This document shows positions 51,988 to 64,000 of a stretch of 64,000 nucleotides of DNA, piece by piece. The notes below the pieces were generated by a model. That model ran no database searches and was not told where the DNA came from. It saw nothing but the letters and a program-made list of their open reading frames with translations. Location: NCBI GenBank assembly GCA_001662655.1, contig KV460252.1; one strand, 5' to 3'. Every line of letters begins with the position of its first letter. Within the stretch, counting starts at the first letter, position 1. Made by a program: the position numbers and the translations under genes. The DNA is from Pseudogymnoascus verrucosus (lineage: Eukaryota).

Positions 51988-54393
51988 CTACCATCCGCTA
52001 ATCATGGAAAAGTCTTGACCAAATAAGTCATCTACCGGCCAAGATCCCCAATTCTCTATGTTAGGCATCTGATTTGATTGCAAAATCCCGCCATCAGGAC
52101 CATATAGTGGTTGCGTATGCTGAATATTCCAGTTTATCTGTGGTGCGGACTCTAGGTTCAGCTGAGGAAGGCTATCCGTAGATAGAATGCCTTCCCCACT
52201 GGTGCTGGAAGTACTCTGCGATTGTTGAAGGTATGCCTTTAAGACATTATAAAACGTGGAGCAGAGTTGATACAGGCGATCGGTAATTTCAGTGGCGGCG
52301 CTAAAGGGCTCAATGGATGCAACAAAATCGCCTAGAGAGCGGAGGCTGGTAAAGTCCTTCGTTGTAACAGCTTCGCAGAATATAATTAGAAAGGGGGCGA
52401 ATGGGCTGGAATTCAGCGTCCTGTCGAGTATTAGAGATATTGCAGAGACTGCGACTGATTTTTTGAGCAGAATTCGCAGTGACAACTTACCAGTTAGTAT
52501 AACCTCTCCAGACGTCTTTACTGCCTTTATAGCGTGCAGCTGCTATATGGTGGAGTTCTAGCGCTTTCCTGGCAGATGTCACGCATTCAGAGCAAAATAC
52601 CACGGTTTCGGATGTAGGCGGAGGTATAACGCGGTAGGTGACCGTGAGAAGACCGTGATACACAACCTCTGTTGCCTCAAGAGCTGCTTGGAGAACATCG
52701 AAATATATAGCATGATTATGTTGAAACTACGCAACGTTAGTCACGAAATGAGTAAGAAAGGGGGGCGTTGCAACTCACAGAAATCCATCGTTCATGCCAA
52801 GCTTTAATATCTGCGGCTAACTTGTGAGCCTGGCCGATGCGGTATTCTGCTGGCAAAGACATGGCAGCCCCAGAATACAGCTCAGTGAATACTCTCCCTT
52901 GAAATTTCGTTATGTCAACCCAACTTACCCAGACGGCATGCCATGAGTAGAGGCTTACATCTTCGGGATATGACGGAAGTGTTGTCAATATATCGCAGTC
53001 CTGTAAAGTAGGAACATATGCTAATCGGAGGGAGAGAGATCTTTCCAGACAGAAAATGTTCCAGAATGCAAGCTTCTTCGCCTGGATCTCTTTTGTTACA
53101 TAGATTCCGGCCGGTATACGATGGTAACCTAGCGTCTGGCTCATCTGTGCCGCCGCCATTGATAATAGGCGACAGAGATACGGTTTAACGCTCTCTGTTG
53201 CGTGAAAAGCCCCTAAGGCTAACGCTTGGCAAGCTTCCAATGACGGACTTGTAGATAGATGAAAGTTCTCCAACACCACCTCAAAATTCAACTGACACAT
53301 AGATGCAAAGCGGCGAAAGTCAGACGTCTGCTCCTCTGATCTCGACACATCTTGTTCCGCAAACATATAATACAGACCTCCGTTCACCAGAGCAAACAGA
53401 GCAGGAGAAACGTCGGGCGTAGAACTATAAAGGCCTCTGCAAAGACTTGCAAAGTTCGATACATCCATCAGAGGCAATTTTAAGAAAATCCGAGGGATAT
53501 TCTCTACAATTCTGCAATTAGCTACCATACAATCAATGACATCGAATCAAGCACTCACTATTGGCAAAACGCAACACATCTTCAACCACCTCAGCAGGTG
53601 GCAGTTCAAAGTCCGACAAAGATAAAGATGTTATATTCCGCGCAGGCGTGAAGCGTAAGTCATGGAGTGGTGAGCGATCGCTCTGAGTCCTAATAACATT
53701 CTGAAGTGCGGTCAGAGCTTCCAACATGTTCGGATCCCGCCGGAGCGAGGTGCTCGAAGTAAGCATTTCAAACACCGATTTCGCATGGATCGAGTGACCG
53801 AGGAGAGTAGTACGGCCATGCACATCGTTTGCTTCCTGAAGTAAGGGAGATGGAGAGTACTCGGGCAATTTTTGCTGTACTTCGCTCTGGGCAGCCCGCT
53901 GTGAAAATGATGCGCTGGAGACATCCTGGCTCCGCTGAGTGTCCTTGTCCCTGGCCGTCAGCTCTTGAAGCATCTTTTCAATAGAGACTAGACGGCCATC
54001 GATCTGGACCACCTTTTCTTCACTTCTTCAGTTAACAGGATTCAAAAATATAAGGGTCTCTGACTTGACTGCACATACTAGCGGCTTGAAGTTGGGGTCC
54101 TATCCCGCGCCGCTCGCGGCACTGATAGAGAAAAGTGGCACTCAGTGCCGTGGAGCCGGCAATTCGAGCATGGTATTGCACGATCGCACCGAGCCTAGAT
54201 TGTGTTAATTTATGTTGAATTTTCAAGGGGGATGGATAGGGGTAATTGTGTTCTACGAACCTTTCTTGCGCGGCATGCGTCACACTTACTATCTGTCAGT
54301 ACAACATTCTCAATTATGGAATGGGCAGCTTACTGCTCGTGGCTTATTGCTCGGCACAGATGATGGAGCCCCCTCGTATCTTCCTATATCCAT
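51988..54393 (-). CDS. Zn(II)2Cys6 transcription factor with Fungal_trans domain (multi-exon)
   Basis: Spliced CDACRARK/ARCDRAIPCSNCRLHGTEC; AAQMSQTLGYHR, FWNIFCLERSLSLRL and PFAPFLIIFC. Confidence 0.9.
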
Positions 54394-55439
54394 ATCGCTA
54401 TGCTGGATGACAAATTTGCCATTGGGCTGATGAGATTAACAGACGATCGAATAAAAATACGAAGTGCATTTCTATACGATGAAAGCCAAGCATTTACATC
54501 ACACACACGTGAGCGGCACGTGTTTTGCTGTCTCCAAACATAATTTACTTTGCCAAAAAAAAACAATACAAAGAGAGTTAACAAAAGCGTATTAATTAAT
54601 ATATCCTGGGTTAATGTCGCGTTGACACATTTGTCGTTGCATATTGTTTGAGCAACGTAAATAAGCGGAAGGTGGGGTTTGCGCCGTGGTTTCATGGCTT
54701 TATTTTCGCTCGCTTCTCCTATTTTATTGTTTTCAGGTGATATTTATATTGGGTCACATATAGAGGCATTATCAGACAGATTTTATAGACGCAGGATGTA
54801 TTTTAAGACTATCCAGCGCTTTACTTCAGTACAACACGCATCAATACAAGCATCACCGTCCCTCCCTTCTCCCGCCCTTTCCCATTCTCCCTTCCTCACC
54901 CTTCAAATCCTCTCGCCTCCCCTCTCCTCCCTCCACAACGAAAACAACCAAACACAAAAAAACCCCTTCCCATCTCCAAAAAATCCCACCCACAAAAACA
55001 AAAGCCCCTAAGTAACAAGAGAAAAGAAAGTGCAAAACCACAAAGCAAAAAACGAAGACTCCTCCTCCCCCATCCACCCGTTTCCAATGCAAAAAAGAGA
55101 GAAAGACAAAAATACGAAAGTGAAGGCAACAAGACGGAAAAGAAAAACGGAACAACAATTAGCGCCCCCTGGATTGGGCTGGTTATCGTACAGTACAGCC
55201 GGTTGATGATGCGGAAACGGATTGGGCACCGGGTGATGGACGCCATATGAACACAGATACCCTTTTTATATACTTCTCTCCCCCGCAAGCTTCCTCCCAT
55301 CGTCGTGGGTGTGGCGTGTGTGTAGATGTAGAAGTCGACATTCGCAAGGCTTGCACGATTTGTCGTCTCCCTCAGCGCAGCTGGCTCAGTAAAGAACACC
55401 CCCCCCCCACCCCTCCATTGCAAAACCACCACCCCCCAA

Positions 55440-58400
55440 TCACCTCTCAATACTCTCCGGGCTAATCGGCCCAACCGCCCCTCCTTCTTCCTTCCCCCCC
55501 TCCTCCCCCATCTCACTATCCACCCTCTCCATCCCCACCCCCCCGGGCAAAATCCTCTTCTTCCCCCCCTTCTCTGGGCTCCCCCCCCCCGTCTTCCCCA
55601 CAGCAGCAATACCAACAGCCCCATTAACCAGCTGCTCCACCCCTCCCTCAAGCTTCTTCTTCTTCTTCGCATTCCCCGCCTGCTCCTTGAGCGGGCGCTT
55701 GCGCGGACTCGTGATCTTGCCCGTCGGCGGGAGGCGCGGTTTAGGGAACCGCTGCTTCAGCGGTAGATCCTCGTCTTCTACCAGCGGCTCGTCGCTGTTA
55801 GCATGTAGCTTGGCGAGGAAGAAATTCTTCACCAGCCCGATTTGCGATTGTATGTTCTCGCGCGTCACGGGGCGGAGTGTGGGGAGGGTTTCGAAGAGCG
55901 TTGCGGCGGCAGGGCCAGCGGCGGGGTTATTGGCGTTGTGCGCGCTGTGGACCTTGGCCTGAAGCAGATGCAGCGGTACTGAGAGGGACGCGAGCCCGAA
56001 TTCCTTGTCCAGGCCTAGCTCCTTGAAACCGAAGAAATCCTCGTCGATGTCGTCTGCGAAGTCGCCCCCGACGAACTGCTCGCTGCCGTCGTTGAAGGCG
56101 CCTACGCCGTCCGTGCCTGCGTCTACGAGGGCTGGGCGGAGAAGATCGGTTAAGTGCGCCTTCATGCGCTCGTGCATGACGCCTAGCTTGGTACCGAAGC
56201 GTTCATTGTCATCCTTGGCGTAGCTCTCGAGTGTCTCAACGTCTAACCCGCTCTCGCTGAGGGTATGCAGCATGACCTCCTCGTTGGTGAAGCGCTCCTG
56301 CCACTCTGCGCCATTCTGGGCTGCGAGACCCGTGGCGGGTACTTTGGGCGCCTCACGGTAGATGGCGAATGTGCGCGCGATCTTGGTGAAGTAGTCCGCG
56401 GCGATGTCGGTGATGACGTCGAGGGCTGAGGGCTGTAGCTCCTCGAAACCGGCGTGGTAGCAGAGTTTGCCGACGGAGCGGCGGAGGGCGGCTTGGCATA
56501 CCCATTTGGACATTACGGGGCCCTCGTCGGATTGGACGTATGGCTCGATGTCGGCCTCGTAGAAGGGCTGGGGGTTGTACTTTTGGAATTGGTTGTTGTA
56601 CATCTATGATGGGATTAGCATGTTGTAGAACATATGAGACCGACAAATAGCTTACCTGAGTCTGCAACTGCATCTGTTTGACCACTCCAATCTTCGAACA
56701 GATCTTCCTGGTCTCCTGCATTTGCCTCATATTGCTCTCCATCCGTTCCGTCAGCTTGCTCTGCGGCGATCGGAAGTGGCCCGCTGGAATCATGCGCAGG
56801 AACTCGCTTGTCTCGACGAGATTCCCCGATGCATCCTCAATCCACTGCAGCTTCTCCGGCACATCTGGGATGGCTGACAGAGGATCATAGTAATCGGGCA
56901 AGACACGTTCGTCATCGCCTCCCTCCATACCTTCGGCCAGAGTCTCAGATCCTTTGACAGGCTCCTTCCCATCAGCAGCTTTGGAATCAACCGCATCTCC
57001 ACCTTCCGCTACATTATGCTGACGAATCCATCTCCTCATGCCAGCCTTCGTTCTAAGAAGCGCGGGCTCATCAGGGTTGAGCCTGTCGCCTTTGAAAAGC
57101 TTATGTCTCTCCTTCGCAGCGAGCGCACGGTCCTTCTTAGTAACCTGCTTCCAAACTCGGTACTCCTCATCCTCTTGGAGATCCTCTGCGGCAGCGCCTA
57201 GCGCCTGGCCAAGCGCCATCCCATTCATTGACGGTCCGTCAATGTCCATCATATCAGCCTGGCTCCCCGTTCCAGGCATTCCGCCGGGGGTGTTCGAACC
57301 TCCCAGCGTGGGCGAGCCAAAGCCGTTCTGGCTGCCTTCTACCCCGAAATCCGAGCCCTCGTGGATCAGATTTCCGATCACGCTGTTGAGCGGGAGCACG
57401 GGCTTCTGGTCTACGCCGGGAGTGCTCTCAGCCCGACCAGGCGCGACCTTGCGTGCCTTGGAAGAGCCCTTGACACCTGTCTTGCCGGGTGCCTTGCGCC
57501 CTCGTGATGACATAATCGGCTCATCGTCGCTTTCATCACCGGCGTCATCTTCGACGCCATTTTGCTTGCGTCTCTCCTCAGCTTCTACCTCGGCTCTAGG
57601 TCTAACCACGATATCTGGTATTAATGGAACCAGCTTCTCTGCCTCTCTTCGCATGCAATTCGCGTTGCGGCGAAGGGGGTGACTAGGATCGGCGTTGTAT
57701 TTGAGGCAGTTACTCCATATCAGATCGAGGTCTGAAACGAAGTCTGCTTTGGATTTATACAAAAATGTCTTTAGCTTTTTCGTCATCTGTCCTAGATCCA
57801 TTGGTGTTTTGATGACTGAACTGATTAGCCTTGCTCGCAGAGTCATTTTTGTCACTATACTTACTAGCATTGTAGTCTGGCGCATCTCTCTTGTTAACCC
57901 GCGTGAGGAAGGGCGCAGAGTACTCTGTCATCGCCTTAAGCTCGCTCAGCACCTTCTCAGCGGCTTCGTATAATTCTTCCTGGCCAACGTTCTCTTCGCT
58001 GGCCCACTTGCTTCTATTCTTGCGCACTTCGTTCATCAATGATCGTAGCTCGGCATCTGATGCACGCACTTGGTCGCGCTTTAAGTCGATGCGCGCAATG
58101 AGGTGCTTCAGGGTCAAGCTCGACGCGCCCAGGTTCGCACTGGACAGTGTGCCGTGGTGCTCTCCATTGGGGCCTGTCCCGCCATGCGAGTTATTTCCAT
58201 GGTCCATCTCAGCATCAATCTGCTTCTCGGACTCCTCCAGCTTCTGCTGCTCTAGCATGGCCACGCGATCATTTTCCAAGGTGTAAAAGAGGGTGTTGAA
58301 ACTCCTCTTCACCGCGTCCTCTGTAGCTTTCTTATCAGCCTCGAGCTGCTTCCTCGCATCTTCCGACGTCTTTGGTTGTGTTTGTGATGCAGATTCCTTC

Positions 58401-58924
58401 TCTTTATCAGATTGCTTCGATAGTGATTTGTCGCTCTGTTGCGCCGGGGAGCTCCCAGATTTCGAGGGGGAGAGCAGATTTCCGGAATGCTTGCTCGTGA
58501 GTTGTGGTCGAGTGTCGCCCTCCTCCTCCTCATCATCGTACTCATCATAATCCTCATCGTCATCCACAGCGCGACCCCCCCTCTTCGTCGCGACCTCGGG
58601 AACCGCGTCCTCCATCTCGGCATCCATCACCACCGCCCCCTCCCCATCCCCGATCTCCTCCTCCTCCCCCCCTTCCCCCCCAAACAACCTCGCAATCCTC
58701 GCCTCACTCCTCCGATACAACTCCCTAAATAACTCCACCTGTCCTCCCCCATCCTCCTCCCCATTATCCTCCCCGGCTACGGCCGCCATAGCGACCACTC
58801 GCGCACTCTGCGAATCTTCAAAGCCATCCTGCGACGCCCGCCCCGCGTCCGCATATCCAATTCCCTCCTCGCTCAGTCGCGGCGCGTCGGCGACGCCCAG
58901 CGGCGCGGCCCCGATGCCAGGCAT
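55440..58924 (-). CDS. SPT7: SAGA complex bromodomain subunit Spt7 (3 exons)
   Basis: [39 protein letters not shown], bromodomain ([35 protein letters not shown]) and histone-fold region (LCYHAGFEE). Start codon placement is uncertain. Confidence 0.93.
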
Positions 58925-59490
58925 GTTGCGGCGTCGGGCAGAGATGAGTCGCGGCGAGGGAGAGCTCGCAGCATCCGCGCGCGGTCGCGGCGAGCTGTCG
59001 GGGCGCGGCGCGTGCTCAAGTCCGGTGCTGGCGCGCGGCCTGCATTGGGAGATGATGGAGCTGCGATTTGAGGGTGTGGCTGATGCGTGATGTTGAGATA
59101 TTTGATGGATTGTCAAGGCCGGTTTTGGTCCTGGGGTTGGACTGACGTTGGAGCGCGGGCGAGGTTGGGTGCTAGTAACGAGAGCGAGCGGTGGACTGTA
59201 CTGGACGGTGCAGAACACCAAATTTATTTACTAGGCCGAGGGTGAACTACGATTAATTATATCTCGCCCGCGAAGTAAGGTAATGGGAATTATGAAAATC
59301 TAAATATCAATTCAAGCTCATTATCTATAATTTGACCCATATAATGTTCCCCGTCCGATTGCTAAATTGTGGATTTATTGACGCTGTTTTCCCCAGATCC
59401 CCACTGACTTCCCCCAAGGCCCAAGGGTGTCGCTTCGTCAGAACATCAGATGTAATTTACTGTACGGAGGACGGAGCAACTTCTTCCAGA

Positions 59491-59573
59491 TCACGTGGTT
59501 AAACACGACCGCATTCACGTGACAATAAACAAACTCACACACGTGATTAAACACAGACCTATCAACACGTGAC
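59491..59573. promoter_or_regulatory. Array of four RTCACGTG E-boxes in the SPT7/VanZ-like divergent promoter
   Basis: CACGTG at 59492, 59516, 59540 and 59566, each extending to RTCACGTG on one strand. Confidence 0.7.
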
Positions 59574-59769
59574 ATGCACTCATAACGCATACGCAACTTA
59601 CCAAAGTGGATCCCCATACGCCAACACAGCCAGGAATAGATCCAAGCTCCCAACATCAGCACGAAACCTCACCCACCCCAGCCTCGCCTTCCGCAAAAAA
59701 ACCACAACTCACCAAACACAGACAATGCTCTAAACCATCCCAATCACCCAACCAACAAAACTAAATACC

Positions 59770-60487
59770 ATGCGCATCCGACTTCCCTTCGCCGGTAAGC
59801 TCCCTCCTCCCCCCCAATCCCCCCAGGTCCTCCCCACCCTAAGAACAAGGCTGACGTACCCCCCAAGGAGCCTTCCTCATCCTCCTCCTCGGCGCGGCCT
59901 ACCTCGGTCTCTCCTCCCTCCAGCTCGCTCTCCACATCAACGACAAAGCCCTCCACTTCCTCACCTTCTTCCTCCTGACCCTCTGCTTCTACTGGATCCT
60001 CGACACCTCGCGCCGCCGCACCCTCAACCTCACTCTCTCCATCTGCACCGCCTTCCTCGGCGTCGGGAGCGAATTCCTCCAAGCCCTCTTACCAAATGGG
60101 CGCGACTTCGACGCCTACGACATCCTCGCCAATGTCCTGGGGAGTCTCGCGGCGGTGGGATTGAGTACGTGGTATCACAAGCGGATGGTAGAACGAAAAC
60201 GGCTGCGCAAGAATTACTCCGCCGTGCCGGGGGAGGATGGGGATGGCGATATGGATGTTGAACTTGGAGAGGGGGGCGGGGCGCAGGAGAGTGGTGTGGT
60301 GCCGGGACATACGGCGCCGCAGGCGGTGAGTTTGGAGGAGGAGGTTGATGCCTGGGATGAGAATGCGGAGGATACGTGGGAGGAGGATGATGCGGGGGTT
60401 GTGAGTCCGGAGGGGGAGGGGGGGAAGTTGACGCCGAGTGCTAGTAGTGGGGGTGATGAGGGGGAGGGGAAGAAGAGGGCGGATTGA
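59770..60487 (+). CDS. VanZ-like membrane protein (2 exons)
   Basis: Spliced MRIRLPFAGAFLILLL..NDKALHFLTFFLLT..GSEFLQALLPNGRDFDAYDILANVLG; DK..H, E..Q and R.FD..D..AN are VanZ-family motifs; intron 59795-59868. Confidence 0.85.
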
Positions 60488-60898
60488 GTTGATTGAGTTG
60501 GAAGATGGCCAAATTTTGATGATGGATATGATTAGAGGGCGTTTGCTGGGTGTTCGGCGTGTATACCATTCGAAAAGAAAGGGGGATTTTTTATATGGAT
60601 GTGGGAAAGGGTTGTGTATTTCTGTGCTGTAGGATCTATAAACACTCTGCTTTGAATGCACGGCGTTGCTAGATGCTATTTTTAATTAAAGTGCAATTTG
60701 GAAAATATGTATGTAGTTGCATTTATTACTAAACGCCTGTTTGGCAATCTTCGTTTCCATGCCGTCCGAGACATCCGCTCGACGACACAGACGTGCAAAT
60801 ACGATAGCCCGCCGTGTAAATCTAAATTGGTATCACTAATAGCCGCTGCAAGCACCCTCCTCGATTCTCCATGCAATTCCCCGTCCGGAGCCCCAGCT

Positions 60899-62371
60899 CT
60901 AGAAAGTAACCGATCGCCTCGACTCAACAGGCGAATCCGGTGGACTTCCTCCATTAACGTACATATACAGCCGACTCAGATCTTTCACCTTCAACCCCGC
61001 CACCTCCCTCGGCATTTTCCAGACCTCATCCACATCAATCTCCACCGCCAACTCCCCATTCGAAGCCGCCGCCACCGGCATAGACGGCGGATGCAACGAC
61101 GTCTCCCCTTTCTTCCCGTTGATCTCAAAAGAAGTAAACGGATACCTCGCATCCGACACCCTAACAAACTTCTCCTCGTGCCCTCCCCCCTCTCCGCCAT
61201 CATCCCCAAAATGCACATGCATATCCCACACCCCTCCCTCCTCCAACGTCACCTCCCTCAACTTCTTATCCAGCGGAAACAGGCGATCAAGATAATGCTG
61301 GTTCATCAAATGTCCACTCTCCGGAATCTGAAAGACGCGTCCCTGATACCCTCCTCTCGCTTTCCCGGCTTCGATCGCCACTTCTCCCCCTGCGGCAGCG
61401 AGGGCTTCAGTCTTCATAGCTTTCGACTTTGCGACTGCAGGGAGAGGGTTGATACTATGCAATATCCCCCATCTCGACACAAAATCCCGCTCATTAGCGT
61501 AGTGCTCAATATACGATATCGCGCTCGCCGTAGGATGCCTCGCCGTCGGTTTCGCCGAGACTCTCGGGTTATTGAAGTGGTTCGCCGCGCACCCAAAAGT
61601 GTAGATCTCCAGTTTACTCAACTTCTCCTGACTCAACTGTTCCAGCAGCCAATCGACGATAAGACCCCCCTGGATGCCGCCCTGGGAGTGCAGGATCAAC
61701 ACCACTTTGTTGACGGGGCTCAGCATCGCCACGCGCAGGATCTCGTAGCAGATCCGTACGTCGTTCGTGCAGTAGTCGAAGGTCCGCTCGATTAGGCACT
61801 GGATGACATCGAATAAGATGCCGGCTGTGCGGTTGTGTGCGCCACGGACGGGACGCTGGAAGGTGAGGGATAGCCGGTCGATGTTAGCTTGCATCCAGTG
61901 CCTCCCGACTGCTACGCCGTTGATGAATATCCATTCCTCGTCTGCGTGTGCGCCGAGGTGTTTCAGCACCGCGGGGTTGGATTCAAACGTCCCCTGGGAG
62001 CCGTTAAGGCAGTAACAGAAGAGCCTGTTCAGTAACACAAAGACAAAGACGTAGAGCGCCACCATCCACAGGGGGAAAAGCAGCCAGAGCGGCGTGGAAA
62101 GGATGAAGAGCCCCTGTGTGATGAAGAGGATCACGTGGTTGAAGATGGAGAAGATGTTGCCGGGGGAGGGGTAGAGTTCATCGTAGAATCCGGTCGGCCA
62201 GGGGCGCCAGGGCGTGATGATGGAGAAGATGGAGGGGAGTAGGTGGATGAAGGTTATGAAGTCGGAGCGGAGGAGTTGCCAGGGCGAGGATGTGTAGGCT
62301 AGTGGTGCGCTGGGCTTGGAGAGGGGGATGAAGGGCGGGGGGTTCTCATCTGTGGTGGTGATGGCAGGCAT
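60899..62371 (-). CDS. Conserved fungal membrane-associated alpha/beta-hydrolase-like protein
   Basis: 490-aa ORF with an N-terminal TM region, WIFINGV, LILHSQGG nucleophile elbow, EIYTFGCAA, EHYANERDFV and GHLMNQHY. Confidence 0.8.
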   Translation of the reverse strand: MPAITTTDENPPPFIPLSKPSAPLAYTSSPWQLLRSDFITFIHLLPSIFSIITPWRPWPTGFYDELYPSPGNIFSIFNHVILFITQGLFILSTPLWLLFPLWMVALYVFVFVLLNRLFCYCLNGSQGTFESNPAVLKHLGAHADEEWIFINGVAVGRHWMQANIDRLSLTFQRPVRGAHNRTAGILFDVIQCLIERTFDYCTNDVRICYEILRVAMLSPVNKVVLILHSQGGIQGGLIVDWLLEQLSQEKLSKLEIYTFGCAANHFNNPRVSAKPTARHPTASAISYIEHYANERDFVSRWGILHSINPLPAVAKSKAMKTEALAAAGGEVAIEAGKARGGYQGRVFQIPESGHLMNQHYLDRLFPLDKKLREVTLEEGGVWDMHVHFGDDGGEGGGHEEKFVRVSDARYPFTSFEINGKKGETSLHPPSMPVAAASNGELAVEIDVDEVWKMPREVAGLKVKDLSRLYMYVNGGSPPDSPVESRRSVTF

Positions 62372-63679
62372 CTTGAAGTGGTGGGTGTTGGAACTGGCGG
62401 TGTCCCAGCCGCGATATGTTGGTGAAATGAAGTGATACTGCAGTCGTTTTTGTAAGAAGAAGGTTGTAGATCAAGTTGGGATAAAGCAGGAAGGTCCAAA
62501 CCTTATACCGACGCTGTTTGCACTGTTCCGTGAGTTGACAGACAGGCAGCCACAAGGATATGCTTGCACCCCAGAGCCTAAGTACTCATACTCCAGAGAG
62601 AACAGTTTAGCGCTTACCGCAGATGATCCCCTACTTTGGTAATATTCAGTATGATGCTGCAGGTGATTCAGAGCTGAGGAGGAAGTTAACACGAGAAGGA
62701 GGGCATAGGAATGTGGCTGGTGATGATATTATGTCTCAAAGAGGCAGGGGGGAAGTTCATCCTTCGAGGAAAGTACGTAGTAGAGTAGGAAGAAGGCTGA
62801 GACGGGGCGGAATGCTGGACGTATAGAACTCGAATACCATGGAATATATATATTTATTTATGTATATATCTGTATAGATACATATATGCTCAGCTGAACA
62901 GAAGCTGAAGAGCACCTGATTTGAGGTTAAACAAACAAGAACAGGCGATCTGGTCACGAGGCTGGAGACAGGGGTAGGCACCTGCCAAGAGTTCCGGAGA
63001 TGTGGAGGAAGTGAGTGTAACAAGGCCCCAAGAGATTTTTGAATCAGCGACTCCCCAGTCACATGACCTCTATCTCCTCTGTACCTTTAGATAACCTTTA
63101 AATAGATAGTGTTATCTTTGTTTACTTTCTTACAGTGTAGTTTAAAGCATCATCAATCTCTCCCAGCTCATATACCACCGTAAATTAGGAGTTGTTGAGC
63201 TGCACTCACTCATCACCCGCCAAGTGTAAACAAACCCGGCACTTGGCTGATCTCTCCGTTGCCATGCCCCCATCCCGTCCAATCCAAAATCCCAACCCAG
63301 ACGCGTCTATGCACAAACACGGCGCGTCTCACCCAATCGTCCCCATATGCAGGCTCTCATCCCGAACCACCTTTCAAGGCCCTAGTTTGTGTTTACTTCT
63401 TTCCTATTATGGCCAAGAACCCTGATACAGGGCCCATTTATGGACCGCGGTGACTATAATGTTTTGACTTATCTTGCTCTCGTCTCTTCTCTCTCTCTTC
63501 TCTCTCCTCCCATCGCGTCTCTGTTTGTGTATCTGTTTGTGCCTCCTTCTTGTTCATGGTCATTGCCATGAAGCATTTCTTTTCAGCATAATTTACGACA
63601 CTCGACTACTAACAGCAGCAAACTTGTGATATATATTTACCAAGAGACTTATACGACTAGCCTCCACCACCGTCCAACA

Positions 63680-64000
63680 ATGAACGACCTTCCCAGTCCT
63701 GCTCCCTCGAGCTCAACTTTCGATGATGAGCTCCCAATAGCTCTCAGACGGGTCCGGAGAAGCTGCTCAAACCAGAATCTCCTACAAGATTCTCCTTCCA
63801 GAGCTTCCCGCCGAAGCAACCGCGTCTTTGGAATCGAAACTCCACCAGCAACTCCCCAGCGAAGGAAGAAGCGTGTCAGGTTCTCTGACCCAGGCCCTGC
63901 TATTGCAGCAGCTACTGGCCTGACGCCTTTCATCAACCGCCACTTCTCGATTTCCACACCGTCAAGCAATCGAAGACACTCGGCCCCCAGCCAATGGAAT
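63680..64000 (+). CDS. 5' part of a conserved hypothetical fungal protein (runs off the window)
   Basis: ATG at 63680, open to the window end: MNDLPSPAPSSS..LPIALRR..PATPQRRKKRVRFSDPGP..TGLTPFI. Confidence 0.65.
   Translation, partial: MNDLPSPAPSSSTFDDELPIALRRVRRSCSNQNLLQDSPSRASRRSNRVFGIETPPATPQRRKKRVRFSDPGPAIAAATGLTPFINRHFSISTPSSNRRHSAPSQWN

Noticed and set aside
55200..55260. Possible C/D-box snoRNA (TGATGA at ~55204)
   Set aside because: No downstream CTGA D-box or terminal stem; the region is the SPT7 3' flank.
54853..55672. ORFs downstream of and overlapping the SPT7 end
   Set aside because: Low-complexity 3'-UTR purine/pyrimidine tracts without protein-like features.
60698..61795. 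365-aa plus-strand ORF
   Set aside because: Antisense shadow of the 490-aa minus-strand gene; low-complexity R/H/P/L composition and no motifs.

Overview
Fungal (Pezizomycotina, intron-rich) genomic DNA; the G/C-tract style suggests a Leotiomycete such as Pseudogymnoascus, which is inference only. Both ends carry conserved housekeeping genes with strong C-rich/G-rich strand skew: an alpha/beta-hydrolase fragment, RPA34, GRC3 and PEP4 on the left, and SPT7, a VanZ-like gene, a Ser-hydrolase-like gene and a partial ORF on the right. Between them (~7.3-45.4 kb, and again ~49-54.7 kb) is a visibly more AT-balanced accessory block. It opens with decayed genes, an orphan ORF and a tRNA-Asp/tRNA-Gly pair bracketed by a 23-bp direct repeat. 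It then holds two apparent catabolic clusters. Cluster 1 (13.0-29.7 kb) has 2 sugar porters, an aldo-keto reductase, 3 SDRs, an SMP-30 lactonase, a Zn2Cys6 TF and a class II aldolase, but no kinase; its promoters share a recurring CG-NN-ACG(A/G)GG motif. Cluster 2 (34.6-45.4 kb) has an NCS1 permease, a Zn2Cys6 TF, a signal-peptide ureohydrolase, an MFS transporter and an ALDH, with GATA-rich promoters. No transposase or Starship captain was recognised. Gene spans include introns and were placed by eye.
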